64,000 nucleotides of DNA from an uncultured Bacteroidales bacterium (GCA_964431135.1 CAYSIN010000002.1:1811-65810), one strand, 5' to 3'; counted from the first letter of the stretch, positions 35,467 through 47,266 are shown. Notes: a model not told the origin generated them from the sequence alone. Made by a program: numbers and translations.

Positions 35467-36219
35467 TTATTTTCGATTTACAATGGTAGCATTTGCTTGC
35501 GCAGTGGGCATAATAATCAACTCGTTAATATTAACATGTTGTGGCAACGAAAGAATGTAACGAATAACATCTGCTATATCTTCGCTTTGTAAAGGTGTAA
35601 ATCCTTCATACACTTTTTTAGCACGCTGTGTATCGCCATTAAAACGAACATTGGAAAATTCTGTTTCTACCATACCCGGATGAACAGCAGTAACCTTAAA
35701 ACCCTGTTCAAGCAAGTCCAGACGCATGGCTTTGGTAAGTGCATCTACGGCAGCCTTAGTAGCACAATATATATTTCCGTTAATATAAACCTCTTTTCCT
35801 GCAATAGAACCAATGTTTATGATTTGCTTTATAGGACTTTTATACATAAGCGGTATAACGGCTTTGCTCACATACAGCAATCCTTTAACATTCGTATCTA
35901 TCATGGTCTCCCAATCTTCTATAAAGCCCTTATCAATTGGGTTTAGTCCAAGGGCAAGCCCTGCATTATTAATGAGTACATCAATATTGCTCCATTCTTT
36001 GGGAAGTGAATGGATGACATGTTCCATTTGTTTGTTATCTGTTACATCAAGACTTAACGGCAAAACTTTCGTTTTTGTACGAAGAGTTTTTTCCAATTCA
36101 CTTAACAGATGAGTTCTTCGTCCAGTAATTATAATATGATATCCTTCATCTGCCAATAAGGTGGCTGTTGCTTTTCCGATGCCGGAAGTGGCTCCGGTAA
36201 TCAATACGATTTTTTCCAT
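35467..36219 (-). CDS. SDR family NAD(P)-dependent oxidoreductase
   Basis: 250 aa. TGATSGIGKA, NNAG and YCATKAA motifs. Confidence 0.85.
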   Translation of the reverse strand: MEKIVLITGATSGIGKATATLLADEGYHIIITGRRTHLLSELEKTLRTKTKVLPLSLDVTDNKQMEHVIHSLPKEWSNIDVLINNAGLALGLNPIDKGFIEDWETMIDTNVKGLLYVSKAVIPLMYKSPIKQIINIGSIAGKEVYINGNIYCATKAAVDALTKAMRLDLLEQGFKVTAVHPGMVETEFSNVRFNGDTQRAKKVYEGFTPLQSEDIADVIRYILSLPQHVNINELIIMPTAQANATIVNRK

Positions 36220-37514
36220 TTTCTAAACAGTTTATTTGTTAATTTATTTACATCCATATAATTAAAAAGTAAAAACATCAGAAAGGGCAACGCAGGTATT
36301 TTATATCGTACCAAAGCACCCAAAACGGGTGTAGTAAGTCCGATTAATGTAAAAAGTAAAACAGTGAACGAAAACGAAAACCATAACCAGTAATTATTTT
36401 GAACCACAGGTTTTTTATGAAAAAAAATCAACAGAATAAAAATCAACACTATTCCTGCATTTTCTATGGCAGCCATGAGCGAAACCAAATTATGTGCTTC
36501 AAAAAGAGTGGGACGAAACAAAGAATTAATAAGTGCATTGGGAGAATTAATTAAAAAACTTGTAACGGAAGGTTCAAGAATTGGTATTGAAATTTTGCTC
36601 CCTACCTGCGGAAAGGAATTGACCATAGCAATAAAATTGTGTTGCTTGGCTACCACTATTTGGGTAAAATTATACGGTGAGAACAAGGTTGAATGAAAAA
36701 ACATGAATAGGATAACAACATGAATGAGGGTAAAGAGAATCGGTTTATTCATTTTTCTAAATAGGTTGAATAAGATAAGTGTCAGCATTGCGGGAATGAG
36801 TATGATAAGAATATATATTTTGCTGATAGATAAAAGTACAGCAAAGAGAAAAGTAAGAAAAATATTTTTAGCGTTAATGTCATTTTGTAAAAGTTTGTTC
36901 AAATACCAAAGCATTAATCCCATATTAAAAAAAACCAAACTTTCTTTTAAAATGGCTGATGACCAGAAAACCGTGGAGGGCATAAGAAAAATCAATATGG
37001 CTAATAAATAGTTGCTATGAACAAAACAGGGAGCCAGCAACTTGAACAATGCAAAAAGTCCGATAAAAGATAAAAAGATGAAAACGAGTACATGTACAAA
37101 ATATATATTCATCGAGAACAGGCAAATAAAGGCATTCAGCCGGATAAGTGTTTTGTTTTCATTCAATATTTCATAATTATAGGGTTTTACCCAGAAGTTC
37201 ATTTTATGATAATATTCGTTTAATTGAGGCTCATCATCCGAAATGCCTGTCAGCATTTTAATGTAGTCAGCAGGGTTTTTATGAAAGGCTTCGTACATTA
37301 TTTTTCCATCGTCGTAATATTTAAAAATGTCGTTATTTTGCCTGTCGGTATAAAATTGAGTATAGATAATAAACAGGATAAACGATACCAGTACTTTTAT
37401 TAAAAACAAGGCGTATGTAAAGCGATAGGAAATATATTCCTGCTTAAAGAGAGGTATTTTTCTGATAAGAAAAAGAATTATAAAAAGGTATGCTATGCAG
37501 AGCAATATTTTCAC
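36201..37514 (-). CDS. Polytopic membrane protein of unknown function
   Basis: 437 aa with more than 10 predicted TM helices by eye. No catalytic motif recognised. Confidence 0.4.
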   Translation of the reverse strand: MKILLCIAYLFIILFLIRKIPLFKQEYISYRFTYALFLIKVLVSFILFIIYTQFYTDRQNNDIFKYYDDGKIMYEAFHKNPADYIKMLTGISDDEPQLNEYYHKMNFWVKPYNYEILNENKTLIRLNAFICLFSMNIYFVHVLVFIFLSFIGLFALFKLLAPCFVHSNYLLAILIFLMPSTVFWSSAILKESLVFFNMGLMLWYLNKLLQNDINAKNIFLTFLFAVLLSISKIYILIILIPAMLTLILFNLFRKMNKPILFTLIHVVILFMFFHSTLFSPYNFTQIVVAKQHNFIAMVNSFPQVGSKISIPILEPSVTSFLINSPNALINSLFRPTLFEAHNLVSLMAAIENAGIVLIFILLIFFHKKPVVQNNYWLWFSFSFTVLLFTLIGLTTPVLGALVRYKIPALPFLMFLLFNYMDVNKLTNKLFRKWKKSY

Positions 37515-37942
37515 AGTGATACGTTTATAGTTTCGTCGTTAAAAATAAAAACAATCACTTTTTTTATATCAGGATGAAGAGACAATGCTACTGGGCATGT
37601 ATCAATAATATGAATCAGAATGTCTTTTTGTTTTTTGGTAAAACCAAAATTGGGAAAATAAAACGAAGCCTTTATTTCGGCAATACGTCTTGGATTGGTT
37701 CCCATAATTTTTGTAACTTCTACTCTGGTTCCATCCATATTATATTTATATGTTTCGGAACCAATACCCATTATAGTGAGTATGCACGATGCAAATGCTG
37801 TTGCTGCAAGGTCGGTAGGAGAAAAATATTCACCTTTACCATGATTATCAATAGGAGCATCGGTTATGATTTCTGTTCCTGATGCTACATGTTTTGCCTT
37901 TGTTCTAAGGTTTCCAATATAAGTAACTTCTGATGTCAACAT
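37511..37942 (-). CDS. OsmC family protein
   Basis: The OsmC-like core (HGKGEYFSPTDLAATAFASC...) starts at M39 of the track ORF. The start was moved to 37942, directly after the rodA stop. Confidence 0.65.
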   Translation of the reverse strand: MLTSEVTYIGNLRTKAKHVASGTEIITDAPIDNHGKGEYFSPTDLAATAFASCILTIMGIGSETYKYNMDGTRVEVTKIMGTNPRRIAEIKASFYFPNFGFTKKQKDILIHIIDTCPVALSLHPDIKKVIVFIFNDETINVSL

Positions 37943-37943
37943 A

Positions 37944-39368
37944 TTATGATAGGTATTTAAATCTGTCAGCGTCCAATTTAAGAAAAATAAATAACAAAAT
38001 AGTAAACGACCAAAGTGAACTGCCACCATAACTGAAAAATGGCAGCGGAATGCCAATTACCGGTATAATTCCAATAGTCATGCCTATATTAATGGTGAAA
38101 TGAAAAAAGATGATAGCCACAACGCCATATCCATAAATACGGCTAAAGGCAGTACGTTGTCTTTCTGCCACAAAGACTAATCGAATTAAAAATCCAACGT
38201 ACAGCAAAAGCACCAAAATGCTACCAACAAAGCCATGTTCCTCGCCAATAGTGCAAAAAATAAAATCGGTACTCTGTTCGGGGACAAAGTTGTATTTTGT
38301 TTGTGTGCCCTGTAAAAATCCCTTTCCCAATAAACCTCCCGAACCAATAGCAATTTTCGACTGATTAACATTATAACCCACGCCTTTTTTATCGTTTGTT
38401 TTTCCGAGCAATTCATTAATACGAGCCTGCTGGTGCGTTTCAAGTACATTATTAAATACATAATCTACGGTAAAGGTAAACGCAATACTACCTATTAAAA
38501 ATAAACCGATTAACTGGGCGTACTTTATTTTTTTAACCTTACCAAGTCCTAACATGATTAATGAAAAAAGAAGCGTTACGCCTATCATTATTTTACTCCA
38601 CTCCAAGTTTAAATGGAAAAAATAAAAACTGCCTAACGCAAGTAAAAACAGTACAGCAAATATGCCGAGTGCTGTAAAAAAATAACGTAACTGCCCATTT
38701 AAAATTAAAAATGCAAGAAATGCAACTGCAATAAGAATATAAATAATTGTTATCGGATTAATAAGCAATGCCATAATGAACAGTATAACGGAAATCAACG
38801 CAAAGAAAAGCACATAGGGAGTTAAGCCTTCACGATAAAGGACAAAAATAAACGACGTAAAAACAATGGCAGTTCCTGTATCGTTTTGTAGCAAAACAAT
38901 GCCTATAGGAATAAGTATTAATAAGGAAATGAGGATTAAATTTTTTAATTGATGAATTTTAAAATTATAGGTAGATAAAAATTTAGCCAGACTGAGATTG
39001 ACGGCAAATTTCAAAAATTCGGAGGGCTGAATGCGTATCCAACTAATTTCAAACCATGCCCTTTGACCATTGATTTCTTTACCAAAAAATAAAACGGCTA
39101 TGGTAAGAGCCAAAATAATACCAAAAAAAAGATACGCAAATAAAGAGTAAAAACGACTATCGGTTAAAAGAATAATAATACCAATAATGAGCGAAGTAAT
39201 AATCCATATCAGTTGCTTGCCATACAATTGCGAAAAATCAGTTATTTTACTGTGTTCTTCATTATAAACGGAAGCAAAAATATTGGTCCAGCCAATAAAT
39301 ACCAGCATCAGATATAGTATAATGGTTATCCAGTCTATATTTTTGGCGATATTTGTTTCTCGTTTCAA
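37944..39368 (-). CDS. rodA: Rod shape-determining protein RodA (SEDS family)
   Basis: 474 aa, polytopic. QPSEF and PEQSTDFIF...GLPLPFFSYGGSS motifs. Lies downstream of mrdA. Confidence 0.85.
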   Translation of the reverse strand: MKRETNIAKNIDWITIILYLMLVFIGWTNIFASVYNEEHSKITDFSQLYGKQLIWIITSLIIGIIILLTDSRFYSLFAYLFFGIILALTIAVLFFGKEINGQRAWFEISWIRIQPSEFLKFAVNLSLAKFLSTYNFKIHQLKNLILISLLILIPIGIVLLQNDTGTAIVFTSFIFVLYREGLTPYVLFFALISVILFIMALLINPITIIYILIAVAFLAFLILNGQLRYFFTALGIFAVLFLLALGSFYFFHLNLEWSKIMIGVTLLFSLIMLGLGKVKKIKYAQLIGLFLIGSIAFTFTVDYVFNNVLETHQQARINELLGKTNDKKGVGYNVNQSKIAIGSGGLLGKGFLQGTQTKYNFVPEQSTDFIFCTIGEEHGFVGSILVLLLYVGFLIRLVFVAERQRTAFSRIYGYGVVAIIFFHFTINIGMTIGIIPVIGIPLPFFSYGGSSLWSFTILLFIFLKLDADRFKYLS

Positions 39369-39371
39369 AAC

Positions 39372-41183
39372 TCAATGTATTAAATCCGTTTCTATAATTC
39401 GTTTTTCAAGGTCGGTACGTTTTACTTTGCGAGTCAAATATTTTTCTATCATTAAACTGGCAATAGGTGCAGCGTATGTTGCTCCAAAACCGGCATTTTC
39501 AACAATAACGGAGATGGCTATTCTGGCACTTTCTTTAGGAGCAAAGGCAATAAAAATAGAATGGTCCTTGCCATGCGGATTTTGTGCTGTCCCCGTTTTA
39601 CCGCAAATACGTATGCTGTCCATCTTGGCAATACGTGCTGTCCCTGCTAATACAGCATTTTCCATTCCTTCGATTACAGGTTCAAAATATTTGGTGTCTA
39701 TTTTGGTGTAATGTTTGAGAGTGTATATTGAAAAATCTACTGTGGTATCCTGTATGGATTTTATTACATGAGGTATGTAATAATAACCTTTGTTAGCAAG
39801 AATACAGGTATAGTTTGCCAATTGCAGGGGTGTAATTCCAATTTCTCCTTGACCAATAGATAAGGAGATAATGGTTAATGGACTCCATCGATGTTTTCCA
39901 AAATATTTATTATAATAATTGTTGGTGGGAATATTCCCTTTTAATTCATAAGATAAATCGGAGCCTAACGGTGTACCAAAGCCAAATGATGTAACATAAT
40001 CACGCCATGCTAAAAAGGCTTCTTCGGTATTTTTATATTTCTTATTATTTAAAATTTTTAGAAAGACATTACAGTAATAGGCATTACAAGAATTTTGAAT
40101 GGATTGAGTTAGGTTTAACGGACTGGCATGTTCGTGGCAGCCGACATGAATATTCCCCATAGTAAAACCTCTATGACAGGAAAAAGTGGTTGAAGGAAAA
40201 ATAACACCTTCTTGTTGTCCAATAAGTGCTCCCACCATTTTAAACGTACTTCCCGGTGGATACTTAGCCATAAGTGCACGATTAAATAAGGGTTTTAAAG
40301 TGTCTTTAAGAAGCATGGCATAATGTTGAGTGCGTTTTCTTCCTACCAATAACGAAGGGTCATACGTAGGGCTTGAGATAAGTGCCAGTATTTCTCCCGA
40401 TTGCGGGTCTATGGCAACAATGCTACCTTTTTTATTTTGCATCAGTTGTTCGCCATATTCTTGAAGTTCCATATCTATACCTGTGGTTATATTTTTCCCG
40501 GGAATAGCGGTTGTATCGTATATGCCTCCTGCAAAATTTCCCACAATTCTGTTATGTACATCTACCAGATATATACTAACTCCTTTTATTCCTTTCAGAT
40601 AAGGCTCATACGTACGTTCTATTCCACTAATGCCAATGTAATCGCCCATTTTGTAATACTTATTCTCCTTGATAATGGTATTATCTACTTCACCGACATA
40701 ACCCAACAAATGAGAAGCAATGGGCTTGGGATATTTACGCAACGTTCTTGATTGCAGAAAAAAACCGGGGAACTTAAAAAACTTTTCCTTTAATTCGGAA
40801 GTCGTTTCCAGCGATAATTGAGGAATAACCACAGATGGCTTGTACTTGGAATAAATTCGCGCTTTGTTAATAATTTCGCGTAATGTAGAGGGTTCTATTT
40901 CAAGTATATTACTTAAATCAACCGTATCAAATGCAGACGTTTGTTGAGGTATTACCATTAAGTCAAAAGCAGGTTCATTATAGACCAGAATTTTTCCATA
41001 ACGGTCAAAAATGACCCCGCGTGCAGGGTATTTTGTAATTCGTCGTTGTGAATTGTTTTGGGCAGAATATTTATATGAGTCATCCATTAATTGCATGTAA
41101 AATAAACGTACTGCAAAAACAGTAAAGACAAAAAGGATAATAACGAGGATAATTATTTTTCGCTGACCGAAAGGATTAATCAT
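39372..41183 (-). CDS. mrdA: Penicillin-binding protein 2
   Basis: 603 aa. STFK, SCN and KTGTA motifs. Confidence 0.9.
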   Translation of the reverse strand: MINPFGQRKIIILVIILFVFTVFAVRLFYMQLMDDSYKYSAQNNSQRRITKYPARGVIFDRYGKILVYNEPAFDLMVIPQQTSAFDTVDLSNILEIEPSTLREIINKARIYSKYKPSVVIPQLSLETTSELKEKFFKFPGFFLQSRTLRKYPKPIASHLLGYVGEVDNTIIKENKYYKMGDYIGISGIERTYEPYLKGIKGVSIYLVDVHNRIVGNFAGGIYDTTAIPGKNITTGIDMELQEYGEQLMQNKKGSIVAIDPQSGEILALISSPTYDPSLLVGRKRTQHYAMLLKDTLKPLFNRALMAKYPPGSTFKMVGALIGQQEGVIFPSTTFSCHRGFTMGNIHVGCHEHASPLNLTQSIQNSCNAYYCNVFLKILNNKKYKNTEEAFLAWRDYVTSFGFGTPLGSDLSYELKGNIPTNNYYNKYFGKHRWSPLTIISLSIGQGEIGITPLQLANYTCILANKGYYYIPHVIKSIQDTTVDFSIYTLKHYTKIDTKYFEPVIEGMENAVLAGTARIAKMDSIRICGKTGTAQNPHGKDHSIFIAFAPKESARIAISVIVENAGFGATYAAPIASLMIEKYLTRKVKRTDLEKRIIETDLIH

Positions 41184-41697
41184 GAGTTTTAGCTGTTTTA
41201 TGAAAAAATAACTGACACAATAGCATGATAATAAAACTTAAAACACTGCTTAATACAACTTTTATAAGAGTATAGAAAAAATTGTTCAGGCTAAAAATTT
41301 CTAAATAAAACAACAGAAAATGATGAATGAATACCATTAAGAGCGAATATTTTATCCACCATGAAATATCATAATAGGCTATGGTAGGTTCGGTGGTAGT
41401 ATCATAACCATCATGCGGTGAAAAAAATGTAAGTATATAGGGTCTAAGAAAAGCAATAAAGGTAGTAGCAAAGGCATGAATGGCCATGGTTCCAGAAAAT
41501 AAATCGATACACAGCCCCATTAGAAAACCTAATATAATAATCAAAACTTTGGGAATATTGAAAGGTAGAAGTAATATAAAATAAATATAGATATAGGGAT
41601 TGACGAGTTGGAAAAATAAAATATTGTTTAGGATAAAGACCTGAATCAGTATCAACAGAATAAAGCGTAGTATATGAGTAGATATTTTATTTAGCAT
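41176..41697 (-). CDS. mreD: Rod shape-determining protein MreD
   Basis: 173 aa, 5 TM. Assigned by its position between mreC and mrdA. Confidence 0.65.
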   Translation of the reverse strand: MLNKISTHILRFILLILIQVFILNNILFFQLVNPYIYIYFILLLPFNIPKVLIIILGFLMGLCIDLFSGTMAIHAFATTFIAFLRPYILTFFSPHDGYDTTTEPTIAYYDISWWIKYSLLMVFIHHFLLFYLEIFSLNNFFYTLIKVVLSSVLSFIIMLLCQLFFHKTAKTHD

Positions 41698-42508
41698 TAT
41701 TTATCGTCTTTTGAATTTGTTGAAATTCCAGTTGAAGTTTGTTTTTTACTATATATACAAAGTCAAGTTGTCCAAATTGTTGAAACAATTTAACTTCAAT
41801 ATTATAAAAATCACTGCCCTGATTATAATCAAAATGGGTAATGGTTCCAATCTTTATACCTTTAGGAAAAACAGTAGAAAAACCACTGGTAATGACGGTA
41901 TCACCCGTTGTTAATTTTACATGATAAGGTATCTCCGACAGGTTAACATACGAAGGGTTAACGCCATTCCAAGTTGTAGTGCCGAAAAACTGATTTGATT
42001 TTATGCGTGCACTGATATGCGCATTAGTATTTATAATCGGAATAATCGTAGCAAAATGAGCAGATGTTGTTTTTACAATGCCGACAACACCCGAAGAACT
42101 AATAACACCCATATCGGGTTTTACTCCATCCATGGAACCTTTGTTAATAATTAAATAGTTGTTGGCACGATAAATACTGCCATAAACAATATTGGCAACC
42201 ACAAGTTCATAGTTTCCAGAATCAGTAGAAAGTTTCTTTATAGAGGTGTCGTGTGAAAGATTGAAAATCTGTTTACGCAGTTCGGCATTTTCGCTGGCAA
42301 GTTTTTTATTTTCATTGACCGTAGAAAGATAACGCAATACAGAATAATAACTATTATGTACATTTCCAGATATTTCGTCAAATAAATGTATGCTGACAGC
42401 CCTGTGATAATCGTTGTTTCGTATGGTCAAAGCAAGGCAAAGTGCTTCAATAATAATAAAAAGAATAATATAATGTTGTCGAATAAGGAAACGTAATATG
42501 GCTCTCAT
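41687..42508 (-). CDS. mreC: Rod shape-determining protein MreC
   Basis: 273 aa. N-terminal TM, a coiled coil, then a beta-rich domain. Lies downstream of mreB. Confidence 0.8.
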   Translation of the reverse strand: MRAILRFLIRQHYIILFIIIEALCLALTIRNNDYHRAVSIHLFDEISGNVHNSYYSVLRYLSTVNENKKLASENAELRKQIFNLSHDTSIKKLSTDSGNYELVVANIVYGSIYRANNYLIINKGSMDGVKPDMGVISSSGVVGIVKTTSAHFATIIPIINTNAHISARIKSNQFFGTTTWNGVNPSYVNLSEIPYHVKLTTGDTVITSGFSTVFPKGIKIGTITHFDYNQGSDFYNIEVKLFQQFGQLDFVYIVKNKLQLEFQQIQKTINNAK

Positions 42509-42528
42509 ACGTCGTAATGAAATTCATT

Positions 42529-43554
42529 TTAACGCATGACAATGGATGAAAAGCGGTGCAGGTTTTTCAAGACAATACTGGTTCCTCTGGCAACTGCATG
42601 TAATGGGCCTTCGGTAACTTTGAACTGTAAATTGAATTTTTCGGTAAGTCGTTTATCCAGTCCTTTTATTAATGAACCGCCACCGGTAAGATAAATACAA
42701 CTGTTGGTAATATCTTTGTATAATTCGGGAGGTGTTTCTTCCAATACCTGAAAAATAGCACTTTCTATTCTTGAAAGACTTTTATCAATACAGTGTGCAA
42801 TTTCCTGATACGAAACAGGTATTTCAAGAGGCAATGAACCCGTCAAACTGGGACCTCTAACAATATAATCGGGTGGACCATCGTCCAAATCACGCATAGC
42901 CGCACCCACATTTAATTTAATTTCTTCGGCAGTACGTTCGCCAACTTTCATATTGTGCTGTTCACGCATATATTCCATAATATCGGAGGTGAACACATCG
43001 CCGGCAACGCGAATAGATTTATTACAAACAATGCCTGCCAGCGAAATAACAGCTATTTCAGTTGTTCCACCACCAATATCCACAACGACGTTTCCTTCGG
43101 GTGCTTCTACATCTAAACCAATACCAATGGCTGCTGCCATAGGCTCATATATCATATACACTTCACGTGCACCAGCATGTTCAGACGAGTCTCGTACTGC
43201 ACGTATTTCAACTTCTGTGCTTCCCGAAGGTATAGCAATGACGAGTTTTAAGGAAGGCGTTATAAAATGACGACGTGGGTTTATTTTTCGTATAAGTTCA
43301 CGCAGCATGAGTTCTGCTGCATAAAAGTCGGCAATTACACCGTCTTTTAACGGACGCACCGTTTTTATGTTGGCATGGGTTTTACCATGCATTTGTCGTG
43401 CTTCGTGTCCAACAGCAATAACCTTTTTGGTTTCATTGTCTATGGCAATAATGGAGGGTTCGTCCACTACAATTTTATCGTTGAGTGTTATTATAGTATT
43501 GGCTGTTCCAAGGTCAATAGCAAGTTCCTGATTAAAAAATGAAAAAAGTCCCAT
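42529..43554 (-). CDS. mreB: Rod shape-determining protein MreB
   Basis: 341 aa actin-like ATPase. DLGTANT and DIGGGTTE motifs. Confidence 0.95.
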   Translation of the reverse strand: MGLFSFFNQELAIDLGTANTIITLNDKIVVDEPSIIAIDNETKKVIAVGHEARQMHGKTHANIKTVRPLKDGVIADFYAAELMLRELIRKINPRRHFITPSLKLVIAIPSGSTEVEIRAVRDSSEHAGAREVYMIYEPMAAAIGIGLDVEAPEGNVVVDIGGGTTEIAVISLAGIVCNKSIRVAGDVFTSDIMEYMREQHNMKVGERTAEEIKLNVGAAMRDLDDGPPDYIVRGPSLTGSLPLEIPVSYQEIAHCIDKSLSRIESAIFQVLEETPPELYKDITNSCIYLTGGGSLIKGLDKRLTEKFNLQFKVTEGPLHAVARGTSIVLKNLHRFSSIVMR

Positions 43555-43595
43555 ATTAAAATATTTAGTGCAAAGTTAATATTTCAAAATTAAAT

Positions 43596-45113
43596 TTAAT
43601 GCTTAAAATGTCTATATCCTGTAAAAATCATGGATAGTTTATGGGCATTGCAAAAATCAATGGAGTCTTTATCACGAATACTGCCACCCGGTTGAATAAA
43701 GGTATGAATACCTGCCTTGCATGCTAATTCGACGCAGTCAGCAAAGGGAAAAAAGGCATCGCTTGCCAAAACCGCTCCCTTTACATCAAAACCAAAAGTA
43801 GTTGCCTTTTCGATGGCCTGTTTTACCGAATCTACACGCGAGGTTTGCCCCATGCCACTTCCTATAAGTTGTTTGTTTTTTACAATTACAATGGCATTGC
43901 TTTTGGTATGCTTCACAATTTTATTGGCATAAATAAGGTCTTCTATTTCCTTTTCGTTGGGTTGTATTTCGGTAACACACTTAAAGTCGTCTTTATATTC
44001 TGTATGCAAGTCCCGTTCTTCCATCAACAATCCATTGATAGCAGCACGAACATTATACAGGGTAGGGTTCCAGTTTTTTAGTTTTAATAAGATGCGTTTT
44101 TGTTTTTTACTGAAAAGTTCAAGTGCGTCTTTATCAAAACTTGTAGCAATAAGTATTTCAAAAAACAGAGCATTAATTTCCTCAGCCATGACACGGTTTA
44201 TACTAAAATTGCAAACAATAATACCGCCAAACGCACTTACGGGGTCACCGGCAAGTGCTTTTTTCCATGCTTGAATTATATCATGGTCCGAAGCAAGTCC
44301 ACACGTATTATTGTGTTTTAGAATGGCAATGGTTGGCTCAGTATATTCTTTAAGCAAATGAATACCTGCATCCACATCAAGCAAATTGTTGTAAGAAATT
44401 TCCTGCCCCTGAATTTTTTCAAAAACATCGTCCAACTTTCCAACAAACCATCCTTTTTGATGGGGGTTTTCACCATAGCGTAAGGCAGTAACGGGAGATA
44501 ACGGTGTATTAATAAATGGCTCGTTGGCAAAATAACTGAATATCATACGGTCATAGTAAGCAGATATTTCAAAAGCTTTTTGTGCCATTGTTTTGCGTTG
44601 CTCTAAGCAAGTTGTACCGTGTTGTTCTGTTAACAGGTTAAGTAAAAATGAGTATTCGTTTTGCGATGGAATAACCAGTACATCATTAAAATTTTTGGCT
44701 GCGGCACGAATAAGACTGATACCGCCAATGTCAATTTTCTCAATAATTTCGCTTTCGTCGTTTGTTTGCTGCAAGGTTTGTTCAAAAGGATACAAATCTA
44801 CAATGACCAAATCAACAGGCAAAATATGGTATTGATTAATTTCTTCCAAATCTTGCCGATGATTACGTCTATAAAGAATACCTCCCATAACGGCAGGATG
44901 TAATGTTTTTACACGTCCCCCCAACATAGATGGAAAAGAAGTAAGTTCTTCCACAGCCGTAACGCTATAGCCTAGTTTTTCTATATATTCCTTAGTCCCA
45001 CCTGTAGAAACAAGTTTTATGTTCAACGCATTCAGTTTTTGAAGAACGGGTTCAATCTTTTCTTTATGAAAAATTGAAATCAACGCCGTTTTAATAGTTA
45101 CTTCCTCTGTCAT
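43596..45113 (-). CDS. purH: Bifunctional AICAR transformylase / IMP cyclohydrolase
   Basis: About 505 aa. STGGT, GRVKTLHP and ALRYGENPHQ motifs. The start was set to M5 to remove the overlap with yjbQ. Confidence 0.9.
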   Translation of the reverse strand: MTEEVTIKTALISIFHKEKIEPVLQKLNALNIKLVSTGGTKEYIEKLGYSVTAVEELTSFPSMLGGRVKTLHPAVMGGILYRRNHRQDLEEINQYHILPVDLVIVDLYPFEQTLQQTNDESEIIEKIDIGGISLIRAAAKNFNDVLVIPSQNEYSFLLNLLTEQHGTTCLEQRKTMAQKAFEISAYYDRMIFSYFANEPFINTPLSPVTALRYGENPHQKGWFVGKLDDVFEKIQGQEISYNNLLDVDAGIHLLKEYTEPTIAILKHNNTCGLASDHDIIQAWKKALAGDPVSAFGGIIVCNFSINRVMAEEINALFFEILIATSFDKDALELFSKKQKRILLKLKNWNPTLYNVRAAINGLLMEERDLHTEYKDDFKCVTEIQPNEKEIEDLIYANKIVKHTKSNAIVIVKNKQLIGSGMGQTSRVDSVKQAIEKATTFGFDVKGAVLASDAFFPFADCVELACKAGIHTFIQPGGSIRDKDSIDFCNAHKLSMIFTGYRHFKH

Positions 45114-45114
45114 T

Positions 45115-45534
45115 TTATTCACCAATTATTTTAACCAATACCCGTTTACGTCTCTTACCATCAAATTCACCGTAAAATATTTGTTCCCATGGACCAAAAT
45201 CAAGTTTTCCGTTGGAAACAGCAACAACCACTTCACGTCCCATGAGGGTTCTTTTAATATGAGCATCGGCATTGTCTTCAAAGCCGTTGTGCTGATATTG
45301 ATTATATGGTTTTTCGGGTGCCAGTTTTTCCAGCCATACTTCAAAGTCATGGTGCAAGCCCGATTCGTCGTCGTTAATAAAAACGCTTGCTGTAATGTGC
45401 ATGGCATTTACCAAGCATAAGCCTTCTTTGATGCCACTTTCCAAAACACATTGCTCTACTTGTGGTGTAATATTTATAAAATCGCGGCGATGTGGCGTTT
45501 CAAACCACAATTCTTTACGATAATGTTTCATCAT
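45115..45534 (-). CDS. yjbQ: YjbQ / UPF0047 family (secondary thiamine-phosphate synthase) protein
   Basis: 139 aa. HITASV..NE and NADAHIK motifs. Confidence 0.8.
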   Translation of the reverse strand: MMKHYRKELWFETPHRRDFINITPQVEQCVLESGIKEGLCLVNAMHITASVFINDDESGLHHDFEVWLEKLAPEKPYNQYQHNGFEDNADAHIKRTLMGREVVVAVSNGKLDFGPWEQIFYGEFDGKRRKRVLVKIIGE

Positions 45535-47261
45535 TGTATTCCTAAATCTTTTTTTATTTGTTCCATTTTTTGCTGAAGTTTGGCATTGGTCGTTTCATAC
45601 GTATTTTCCCATGCCGATTTGGTACCTATATAAAATTTAATTTTTGGCTCCGTACCACTGGGACGCACCGATACAATGGTTTCGTCTTTGGTAATGAATT
45701 GCAAGACATCCGAAACCGGCAATGTTATCGGTTTTATTTGGTGTGATGAAATATTTTTTTCCTGCTGCAAAAAATAATCTTTAATAATTATAACATCAGA
45801 ACCTGCCAATTTTTGTGGTGGTTTGGAACGAAATGTTTTCATCATGTTTTTTATTTCTTCCTGACCATTCATCCCTTTTTTAGTAATAGAGACAAGGCTT
45901 TCCTTGTAAAAGCCGAACTTTTTGTATATTTCTAAAAGCATTTCCCATAATGTTTGTCCGTTGCTTTTAGCATACGTTGCTACTTCGGCAATCATGGTGC
46001 ATGCCGATACAGCATCTTTATCACGAACATAATCGCCTGTTAAAAAACCATAACTTTCTTCACCCCCACAGATATATTTTTTCTTTCCTTCATTTTCACG
46101 GATTATTTGAGCAATGTATTTAAAACCCGTTAGCACGTCAAAAATTTCTACATGATAATAGGCAGCAATGTTAGCAAGCAATTCAGTAGTAACAATCGTT
46201 TTAACAATGTATTCGTTCCCTTTGATTTTATTTTGTTGTTTCCATTGTGTCAGTATGTAATAGGTAAGAATGGACGCTGTTTGATTTCCATTCAACAGGA
46301 CAAATTCATTTTGTGCATTTTTTACGGCAATACCCACTCTGTCTGCATCGGGGTCAGTAGCCAATACCACATCGGCATTAATTTGTTTGGCTTTACCTAT
46401 AGCCATTTCAAGTGCAGAATGTTCTTCCGGATTAGGACTTTTTACGGTTGGAAAGTTGCCATCGGGTACAGCCTGTTCTTCTACAATCTGAATATTATTC
46501 AATCCGAGCCGTTTTAACACTTCGGGTACAAGTTTAATACCGGTACCATGCAACGGTGTATAAACAAATGCCATGTCCGAATATTTCTTTATTGTTTCCG
46601 GTTGCAAGGCAAGTGCCAACACTTCATGAAAGTAAAGTTCATCAAAACTTTTATCGAGGTAATGAATATTTTCCTTATGTTGATTTTTTTTAATTTCCTG
46701 AAACGAATGTATGGCACTTACTTCATTAACAATATTGACATCGTGAGGTGAAATGAACTGACCTCCATCGCTTCCATAAGCCTTGTAACCATTGTATTCC
46801 TTAGGATTGTGCGATGCAGTAATCATAACACCACTAACGCAGTTCAATTTTCTAACGGCAAACGATAATTCAGGAACAGGGCGAATATCATCAAACAGAT
46901 AAACTTCAAATCCGTTGGCAGCAAATACATTGGCGGTAGTTTGAGCAAAAGATTTACTGTTATTACGGCTATCATAAGAAACGGCAACTTTTTTTTCATC
47001 CGTTGGGAATGATTTTAGCAAGTAATTACATAACCCTTGCGTTGCCATTTGTACCACATATACATTCATCCTATTGGTACCAATGCCCATTATGCCACGT
47101 AATCCACCCGTACCAAATTCAAGATTTTCATAAAACGCATCGGTCAATTCATCAGGACTGGAAAGCATTTGCTCAATTTGATGTCTTGATTCAACATCTA
47201 TATCGCTACTTATCCATTGTTGTGCTTTTTTAAGTGCTAATTGATATCGTTCATTGTCCAT
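45531..47261 (-). CDS. Phospho-sugar mutase (phosphoglucomutase-like)
   Basis: About 576 aa. [19 protein letters not shown] and GEESYG motifs. The start was set to M10 to avoid overlap with rfbD. Confidence 0.85.
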   Translation of the reverse strand: MDNERYQLALKKAQQWISSDIDVESRHQIEQMLSSPDELTDAFYENLEFGTGGLRGIMGIGTNRMNVYVVQMATQGLCNYLLKSFPTDEKKVAVSYDSRNNSKSFAQTTANVFAANGFEVYLFDDIRPVPELSFAVRKLNCVSGVMITASHNPKEYNGYKAYGSDGGQFISPHDVNIVNEVSAIHSFQEIKKNQHKENIHYLDKSFDELYFHEVLALALQPETIKKYSDMAFVYTPLHGTGIKLVPEVLKRLGLNNIQIVEEQAVPDGNFPTVKSPNPEEHSALEMAIGKAKQINADVVLATDPDADRVGIAVKNAQNEFVLLNGNQTASILTYYILTQWKQQNKIKGNEYIVKTIVTTELLANIAAYYHVEIFDVLTGFKYIAQIIRENEGKKKYICGGEESYGFLTGDYVRDKDAVSACTMIAEVATYAKSNGQTLWEMLLEIYKKFGFYKESLVSITKKGMNGQEEIKNMMKTFRSKPPQKLAGSDVIIIKDYFLQQEKNISSHQIKPITLPVSDVLQFITKDETIVSVRPSGTEPKIKFYIGTKSAWENTYETTNAKLQQKMEQIKKDLGIQ

Positions 47262-47266
47262 AATAA

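Noticed and set aside
37943-38056. N-terminal extension of the OsmC-like ORF overlapping rodA
   Set aside because: The extension overlaps the rodA 3' end in another frame. The OsmC homology starts at the internal Met (37942).
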